Virus record (IMG/VR): IMGVR_UViG_2529292828_000006
Location: 1-4,555 of that record
DNA length: 4,555 nucleotides
Strand: one strand, 5' to 3'
DNA from: a virus
Lineage: Duplodnaviria > Heunggongvirae > Uroviricota > Caudoviricetes
The stretch's first letter is position 1, and every line of letters starts with the position of its first letter. Positions 1-4,555 of this stretch are shown here, in pieces. Under the pieces are notes generated by a model. That model had not been told where the DNA came from. It ran no database searches and was given only the letters and a program-made list of their open reading frames with translations. Both the position numbers and the translations under genes were made by a program.

Positions 1-1
1 G

Positions 2-400
2 ACGTTTGTTATGGATAACCGGAGCAATATTTTTCCACAACCGGCAGATGTGGAACGCGTGGCGGATTATATCGCCGGTCATACTGACCCGATAACCGGC
101 CTGATTGTCGGACAGCCTGATGGTGTAAATGTCACGGTATTTGCACCAAAGGCAAAGCCGGTAAATCCACGGATTTATATATCGCCGAAGACAGCCGAAC
201 TGAAACAGGCTATTACTCACGCCATTAATACCATGTTTTTTAATGAGGTGACGCCGGGCGGTGCACTTGCCCCCTCCCGTATTATCCGTGCGGTGGCAGG
301 TGTTACCGGTCTGGATGATTTTGAAGTGCGTTTCCCGACAGAGATCCAGCGTTCGGAGAATACGGAACTGTTAACACCGGGGACAATTGAATGGCTGTAA
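2..400 (+). CDS. phage baseplate J-like protein, C-terminal portion (5' end lies outside the window)
   Basis: Frame is open from the first base of the window to TAA at 398-400, so the ATG at 11 is probably internal. Its stop overlaps the ATG of the next gene (391), suggesting translational coupling. Assignment rests on synteny (gene immediately upstream of a DUF2313 tail gene and the tail fibre, as in Mu gp47/gp48 and P2 J/I), not on a recognised motif. Confidence 0.5.
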   Translation, partial: TFVMDNRSNIFPQPADVERVADYIAGHTDPITGLIVGQPDGVNVTVFAPKAKPVNPRIYISPKTAELKQAITHAINTMFFNEVTPGGALAPSRIIRAVAGVTGLDDFEVRFPTEIQRSENTELLTPGTIEWL

Positions 401-933
401 CACCCTGGCAGACGGCCTTTCTGCAATTACTGCCGTCAGGGCTTGCCTGGAATAAAAGCCCCGACAGCAAATTATCTGCGCTGGCGCAGGCCATCAGCGA
501 CGTGATTACCACTGCGGCGGATGATGCGCGGCAAATGCTGCGGGAGCGTTTCCCGTCCACATCCCGCTGGTATCTGGGTGAGTGGGAATCATTTCTGGGG
601 TTGCCGGACTGTACCAGCGAAAACGGCACCCTGTCCGAACGCCGGCGGGCTGCCGCGAATAAAATGCGTATGACCGGCAATCTGAGTCGGCGCTTTTATG
701 AATGGCTGGCTGCGCAGTACGGTTTTACCGTCAGGCTGACGGATTCCACAGAAGGCCAGTGGGTTACGCAGGTCAATATTTACGGTATTAAAAATTATCG
801 CAACGCAACGGTGCTGGATAATGTTCTGACGCCGTTACGTGTTTATGAATCGGGTGCGCTGGAATGTTTACTGGAGAAATATAAACCCGCGCATCAGATT
901 TATAAATTTGTTTACCATGACGGAGATAACTAA
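391..933 (+). CDS. phage tail/baseplate protein, DUF2313 family (Mu gp48 / P2 gpI / e14 YmfQ-like)
   Basis: 180-aa ORF with ATG at 391 preceded by GGGGA at ~379-383. N-terminus MAVTPWQTAFLQLLPSGLAWNK... resembles e14 YmfQ / Mu gp48-type proteins as I recall them. Stop TAA 931-933 overlaps the ATG of the next gene by 1 nt. Confidence 0.7.
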   Translation: MAVTPWQTAFLQLLPSGLAWNKSPDSKLSALAQAISDVITTAADDARQMLRERFPSTSRWYLGEWESFLGLPDCTSENGTLSERRRAAANKMRMTGNLSRRFYEWLAAQYGFTVRLTDSTEGQWVTQVNIYGIKNYRNATVLDNVLTPLRVYESGALECLLEKYKPAHQIYKFVYHDGDN

Positions 934-1361
934 TGTTTTATATTGATAACGACAGCGGCGTAACCGTCATGCCGCCCGTATCCGCCCAGCGTAGTGCTAT
1001 CGTTCGCTGGTTTTCAGAAGGTGACGGGAATAATGCTATCACATGGCCCGGCATGGACTGGTTTAATATTGTGCAGGCGGAGTTATTAAACACGCTGAAA
1101 GAAGCCGGTATTCAACCGGATAAAACAAAATTAAACCAGCTTGCACTGTCCATTAAAGCCATTATGAGCAATAACGCGCTGCTGATAAAAAATAACCTCA
1201 GCGAAATTAAAATTGCCGGGGCATCAGCACAGCGTACAGCACGTGAAAATCTGGATATCTGGGATGCCAGCCTGAACAAAAAAGGCCTCGTTCAGCTAAC
1301 CAGTGCCACTGACAGCCCCAGTGAAACGCTGGCAGCCACCGCAAAATCGGTGATTTGTTGA
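933..1361 (+). CDS. tail fibre protein, N-terminal constant part (142 aa; reading frame ends prematurely, probable pseudogene fragment)
   Basis: ATG at 933 with GGAG at 922-925. C-terminal stretch KKGLVQLTSATDSPSETLAATAKSV matches the conserved N-terminal motif of P2 H / Mu S-type tail fibres. ORF ends at TGA 1359-1361, about 80 bp before the crossover site, instead of reading through it into a variable domain. Confidence 0.7.
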   Translation: MFYIDNDSGVTVMPPVSAQRSAIVRWFSEGDGNNAITWPGMDWFNIVQAELLNTLKEAGIQPDKTKLNQLALSIKAIMSNNALLIKNNLSEIKIAGASAQRTARENLDIWDASLNKKGLVQLTSATDSPSETLAATAKSVIC

Positions 1362-1439
1362 TACCCTTACATAGCCAATCAGCACTCTGGATCTCCCGTT
1401 TAAAAGCGCAAATCATGCCATGCAGGCCGGAAACAGCCA

Positions 1440-1473
1440 TTATCTAAAACCTCGGTTTACAGGAAACGGTAAA
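1440..1473. repeat. left crossover site (gix/pix-like 26-bp core site within a 34-bp inverted repeat) of the invertible segment
   Basis: 1440-1465 TTATCTAAAACCTCGGTTTACAGGAA has the 12-2-12 architecture of Gin/Hin/Pin/Cin sites and matches the Mu gix sequence as I recall it (TTATCCAAAACCTCGGTTTACAGGAA) at 25/26 positions. 1446-1473 is a perfect reverse complement of 4528-4555. Confidence 0.8.
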
Positions 1474-2410
1474 TCAGGCTTCTGGCGCATTGCAGAAAAA
1501 CCAGAACGGTGCAGATATTCCGGGAAAAGATACCTTCACCCAAAATATTGGTGCCTGCCGCGCATATAGCGCATGGGTGGATATTGGTGGCGATAGCCAG
1601 GTCTGGACAACTGCGCAATTTATTTCGTGGCTGGAGAGTCAGGGGGCATTTAACCATCCTTACTGGATGTGCAAAGGCTCATGGGCTTATGCAAATAATA
1701 AGGTCATTACAGATACAGGTTGCGGAAATATTTGTCTTGCAGGTGCTGTTGTGGAAGTTATTGGCACTTGTGGCGCAATGACCATACGCATTACCACACC
1801 GAGTACATCCAGCGGTGAAGGCATCCCTAATGCTCAATTTACTTATATAAACCACGGTGGAGATTATGCTCCTGGCTGGCGACGAGACTACAACACGAAA
1901 AATCAGCAGCCTGCATTTGCTTTAGGGCAAACAGGAAGCACTGTCGGAAATGATAAAGCTGTTGGCTGGAACTGGAATAGCGGGGTCTATAACGCAAACA
2001 TTGCTGGTGCATCGACATTAATCCTCCACTTTAATATGAATGCGGGGAGTTGCCCTGCTGTACAGTTCCGCGTGAATTATAAGAACGGCGGTATTTATTA
2101 TCGTTCAGCGCGTGATGGTTATGGATTTGAGGCTGACTGGTCTGAGTTTTACACCACAACCCGCAAACCCTCGGCGGGAGATGTTGGTGCATACACGCAG
2201 GCAGAATGTAACTCAAGGTTTATTACAGGTATTCGCCTTGGCGGTCTGTCATCTGTTCAGACATGGAATGGCCCCGGCTGGTCTGACAGGTCAGGTTATG
2301 TCGTTACGGGTTCAGTTAATGGGAACCGTGATGAATTAATTGATATAACACAGGCAAGGCCAATTCAGTATTGCATTAATGGAACGTGGTATAACGCGGG
2401 GAGTATTTAA
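1448..2410 (+). CDS. tail fibre C-terminal variable (receptor-binding) domain, cassette in the currently expressed orientation (Mu Sv-like); no convincing independent start
   Basis: Frame is open from 1448, directly after the TAA at 1445-1447, to TAA 2408-2410. The ORF track starts it at TTG 1490, which has no Shine-Dalgarno. It begins NLGLQETVN, encoded by the crossover site, exactly as the opposite cassette does. C-terminus ends ...RPIQYCINGTWYNAGSI, a tail-fibre tip motif. Confidence 0.75.
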   Translation, partial: NLGLQETVNQASGALQKNQNGADIPGKDTFTQNIGACRAYSAWVDIGGDSQVWTTAQFISWLESQGAFNHPYWMCKGSWAYANNKVITDTGCGNICLAGAVVEVIGTCGAMTIRITTPSTSSGEGIPNAQFTYINHGGDYAPGWRRDYNTKNQQPAFALGQTGSTVGNDKAVGWNWNSGVYNANIAGASTLILHFNMNAGSCPAVQFRVNYKNGGIYYRSARDGYGFEADWSEFYTTTRKPSAGDVGAYTQAECNSRFITGIRLGGLSSVQTWNGPGWSDRSGYVVTGSVNGNRDELIDITQARPIQYCINGTWYNAGSI

Positions 2411-2412
2411 TT

Positions 2413-2946
2413 ATGATGCACTTAAAAAATATTACTGCTGGCAACCCTAAAACAAAAGAGCAATACCAGCTAACAAAGCAATTTAACATCAAATGGCTTT
2501 ATACAGAGGATGGGAAAAACTGGTATGAGGAACAAAAGAACTTTCAGCCTGATACGTTGAAAATGGTCTATGACCACAACGACGTTATTATTTGTATTGA
2601 AAAGGATGTTTCAGCAATTAATCCAGAAGGCGCAAGCGTCGTTGAGGTTCCTGATATTACAGCAAATCGCCGGGCTGATATTTCGGGTAAATGGATGTTC
2701 AAAGATGGCGTAGTGATAAAGCGAACTTATACCGAGGAGGAACAGAGGCAGCAGGCAGAGAATGAAAAGCAAAGCCTGTTGCAACTTGTCAGGGATAAAA
2801 CCCAGCTATGGGACTCACAGCTACGGCTGGGTATCATTTCCAACGAGAATAAACAAAAATTAACCGAGTGGATGCTCTATGCGCAGAATGTCGAATCCAC
2901 AGACATCTCCAGCCTGCCAGTAACGTTTCCAGAACAACCAGAATGA
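2413..2946 (+). CDS. tail fibre assembly chaperone (Tfa / Mu U family)
   Basis: 177-aa ORF MMHLKNITAGNPKTKEQYQLTK...[13 protein letters not shown]...[14 protein letters not shown]...SGKWMFKDG, recognisable as Mu U / Tfa-type. ATG at 2413 lies 2 nt after the fibre stop, with GGGGAG at 2397-2402. Sits immediately downstream of its fibre tip, as expected. Confidence 0.85.
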   Translation: MMHLKNITAGNPKTKEQYQLTKQFNIKWLYTEDGKNWYEEQKNFQPDTLKMVYDHNDVIICIEKDVSAINPEGASVVEVPDITANRRADISGKWMFKDGVVIKRTYTEEEQRQQAENEKQSLLQLVRDKTQLWDSQLRLGIISNENKQKLTEWMLYAQNVESTDISSLPVTFPEQPE

Positions 2947-2949
2947 AAC

Positions 2950-2979
2950 AAGGCCCGCTATCGGGCCTTAATTTTTATT
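2950..2979. terminator. hairpin terminator between the convergent tfa genes (probably bidirectional)
   Basis: AAGGCCCG (2950-2957), loop CTAT, CGGGCCTT (2962-2969): an 8-bp GC-rich stem followed by AATTTTTATT on the + strand. The minus strand has a weaker U-rich run (TGTTTCATTC) after the same stem. Confidence 0.5.
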
Positions 2980-3502
2980 CAGGCTTTTGTGGCCATTCAG
3001 GATTTGCCGTATCCACACGGCTGACCAGAACACTGTAGCGTTCCCATGCTTCCAGTCGTGTGCGTTCCTCGTCTGTTGCCATATTCATCCTGACAGCGCG
3101 TTCCAGCTGCTGGATGACTGATTCAGCTTCGGAAAGCAATGCGGCCTTTTGTGATTCGGCTTGTTGTTGCTGTTCGTCTGCCGTATAAATCCGTTTAACT
3201 ACAGCTCCATCCTTAAACATCCACTTTCCTGAATCATCAGCGCGGCGGTTGGCTGTTATATCGGGAACCTCAACGACGCTAAAACCTTCAGGGTTAAGTG
3301 TGGAGGCATCTTTAGTGATGGCGACAATAATATTATTTGCATCGTAAACAATCTTTATTGTGTCTGGCTGAAAGTTTTTCACTTCCTCATACCAGTTTTT
3401 TCCGTCCTCAGTGTAAAGCCAGATAACTCCGTGTTTCTTTGTTAACTCATACTGTTCCAGTGTTTTAGCGTTACCCGCTTTTATGTTCTTTAAGTGCATC
3501 AT
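2975..3502 (-). CDS. tail fibre assembly chaperone, paralogous copy (Mu U' / e14 TfaE-like)
   Basis: 175-aa [51 protein letters not shown]...[25 protein letters not shown]-terminal two-thirds are highly similar to the + strand Tfa; the C-terminal third diverges. ATG at 3500-3502 is 1 nt from the stop (3504-3506) of the upstream fibre domain. Confidence 0.85.
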   Translation of the reverse strand: MMHLKNIKAGNAKTLEQYELTKKHGVIWLYTEDGKNWYEEVKNFQPDTIKIVYDANNIIVAITKDASTLNPEGFSVVEVPDITANRRADDSGKWMFKDGAVVKRIYTADEQQQQAESQKAALLSEAESVIQQLERAVRMNMATDEERTRLEAWERYSVLVSRVDTANPEWPQKPE

Positions 3503-3503
3503 A

Positions 3504-4553
3504 TTAAACGCTCGCTACATTATACCAGGTGCCATTTATATACTTTTGAACGGGTCTGTAATAAACGCCCGCTATATTATCGGCAGAGTTGGACCCTGTA
3601 TCCTGAACATTAATACCAGACAATACATGACCTGAAGGGCACTGGAAATTCCATGTTTGCCAGTTGTTCACTCCATAATATTGCTGTGAACCAAGTCGAA
3701 CATCGTGCACGCCGATTTGTCTGAGGTAAGATGATAACCATCCTCCCCATGCAGTACCATTAATGTCACCATTCGATGCCAAAGTCGCTCCACCGGCAAT
3801 TACCGGACCTGGCGAGAAAAATGATTTGTCGTTCGGGTTAAACTGCCATAAGGCTCCATTGCCGTTATCGCCACACACATGAATACATGGTACCGGGAAT
3901 CCCTGCTGTTCAGTCAGCAAATAACCAAAGCTGACCGCGCCGGGATAGCCCTGTCCATTGCGAATGGACAAGCCCTTAACTATCGGCACGTAATGACCAC
4001 CAGGAGTGGGATTCCAGGCAAACTGCGTCTGAACAAAAGGCGCGGTGGCATTATTTAACTGGTCTGCAAATGCGCCACTTCCATCAGGAATTATTCCCTG
4101 ATGAATATATGCAACCCGCTTATAAAAATCAGCAGATGCGGGTTGAAGCCCAAATGCCAGTTGTCCATTTGAATAGAATAAAAGGACACCGTCGCCGCCC
4201 TGTTTAATACCAGTGTCGTTATCTCCGAGAGTAATGGAATTACCGCCCAGTGCGTTATCTGTACCAAGCGCCAGCCCACCATCAATTTTGGCCCCGTGGC
4301 TGACAGATATAGCACCTGTTCTCAGATTTATAGCGAATGGCCTTAATGGGCCGATATCACCGTTTTCGCCTTGTCCTTCAGCCGTCGGAATGAAATGAAG
4401 AAAATCTTCTGAACGACGGAAAATAAGACCGAAGGCATCATTGAAAATTCGCAGCGCATTCATCGTGCCAATTTTCAGTTCTCCGGTCATTTTATCGCCG
4501 GAACGCTGAACGGCGTTACCAGCCCTGTTTACCGTTTCCTGTAAACCGAGGTT
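3504..4553 (-). CDS. alternative tail fibre C-terminal variable (receptor-binding) domain, silent-orientation cassette (Mu S'v / P2 H-like tip); 5' end runs into the right crossover site and the window edge
   Basis: Minus-strand frame is open from the window end to TAA at 3504-3506. The first ATG is at 4490 (ORF-track start) but has no Shine-Dalgarno. Translation from the window edge reads [16 protein letters not shown]...; downstream [26 protein letters not shown]... and the end ...[19 protein letters not shown] resemble the P2 H / Mu S tip domain as I recall it. Confidence 0.8.
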   Translation of the reverse strand, partial: NLGLQETVNRAGNAVQRSGDKMTGELKIGTMNALRIFNDAFGLIFRRSEDFLHFIPTAEGQGENGDIGPLRPFAINLRTGAISVSHGAKIDGGLALGTDNALGGNSITLGDNDTGIKQGGDGVLLFYSNGQLAFGLQPASADFYKRVAYIHQGIIPDGSGAFADQLNNATAPFVQTQFAWNPTPGGHYVPIVKGLSIRNGQGYPGAVSFGYLLTEQQGFPVPCIHVCGDNGNGALWQFNPNDKSFFSPGPVIAGGATLASNGDINGTAWGGWLSSYLRQIGVHDVRLGSQQYYGVNNWQTWNFQCPSGHVLSGINVQDTGSNSADNIAGVYYRPVQKYINGTWYNVASV

Positions 4554-4555
4554 TT
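4528..4555. repeat. right crossover site (inverted copy), truncated by the window end
   Basis: 4536-4555 TTCCTGTAAACCGAGGTTTT is the reverse complement of the left site; the final 6 bp (expected NGATAA) fall beyond the window. The perfect inverted match to 1446-1473 covers 28 bp. Confidence 0.75.

Larger units (their letters stand above)
1440..4555. mobile_element. site-specific invertible DNA segment (Mu G-segment / e14 P-segment / P1 C-segment type), ~3.1 kb between the crossover cores
   Basis: Inverted crossover sites at both ends. Symmetric content: fibre tip then tfa on +, tfa then fibre tip on -, around a central hairpin. Both fibre tips start in frame inside the repeat. Confidence 0.8.

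Noticed and set aside
217-680. Antisense ORFs 217-426 (-) and 303-680 (-)
   Set aside because: They lie entirely inside well-supported + strand genes (baseplate 3' end and the DUF2313 gene), have Arg/Ser-rich low-complexity translations typical of antisense frames in GC-rich coding DNA, and lack start context.
1207-1440. 77-aa minus-strand ORF abutting the left crossover site
   Set aside because: It overlaps the end of the fibre constant part in antisense and has a Trp/Cys/His-rich composition with no recognisable fold. Its ATG at 1438-1440 ending exactly at the site edge is most likely coincidence.
1490-1492. TTG 1490 (and ATG 4490 on the minus strand) as genuine independent starts of stand-alone tip proteins
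   Set aside because: Neither has a Shine-Dalgarno sequence, and both frames stay open upstream into the crossover site with the same encoded peptide. That is the signature of a C-terminal domain meant to be fused to the constant part, not a separate gene. Kept only as an alternative hypothesis.
1457-1781. ORFs 1457-1657 (-) and 1509-1781 (+) inside the + fibre tip
   Set aside because: Alternative-frame and antisense ORFs within a domain whose own frame is supported by the conserved C-terminal fibre motif and its link to the crossover site; likely spurious.
2031-2339. ORFs 2031-2216 (-) and 2112-2339 (+)
   Set aside because: Same reasoning: embedded in the fibre tip coding frame, with no ribosome-binding site or conservation signal.
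4091-4398. ORFs 4091-4315 (-) and 4213-4398 (+) inside the minus-strand fibre tip
   Set aside because: Out-of-frame or antisense to the P2 H-like tip domain; treated as noise.
1448-4553. Diversity-generating retroelement (DGR) targeting the fibre tips
   Set aside because: There is no reverse transcriptase ORF and no template/variable repeat pair within the window. The variation mechanism visible here is inversion between two pre-formed cassettes.
1-4555. CRISPR array, tRNA/rRNA, toxin-antitoxin pair or a novel defence system
   Set aside because: No direct-repeat/spacer periodicity, no tRNA-like or rRNA-like sequence, and every substantial ORF is accounted for by phage tail morphogenesis functions. 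I see no evidence for an undescribed system and prefer not to invent one.

Overview
This window reads as the tail-fibre end of a Mu-like / e14-like prophage late operon, carrying a Gin/Pin/Cin/Hin-family invertible tail-fibre cassette. On the + strand: the 3' end of a baseplate-J-like gene (2-400), a DUF2313-type tail gene (391-933), and the N-terminal constant part of a tail-fibre gene (933-1361). A ~3.1-kb invertible segment follows, flanked by inverted gix/pix-type crossover sites (left 1440-1473; right 4528-4555, cut by the window end). It holds two alternative fibre C-terminal receptor-binding domains (1448-2410 +, 3504-4553 -) and two paralogous tail-fibre assembly chaperones (2413-2946 +, 2975-3502 -), head-to-head around a central hairpin terminator (2950-2979). 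The invertase gene is not in the window and is expected just past 4555. This is a well-known class of host-range switch, not a novel system. The notable peculiarity is that the fibre gene looks disrupted just upstream of the switch (frame break near 1325-1361 plus an in-frame TAA at 1445-1447 in the non-inverting half-site), so this copy is probably a decaying prophage. All homology statements are from reading the translations and from memory of these families; no database search was run.
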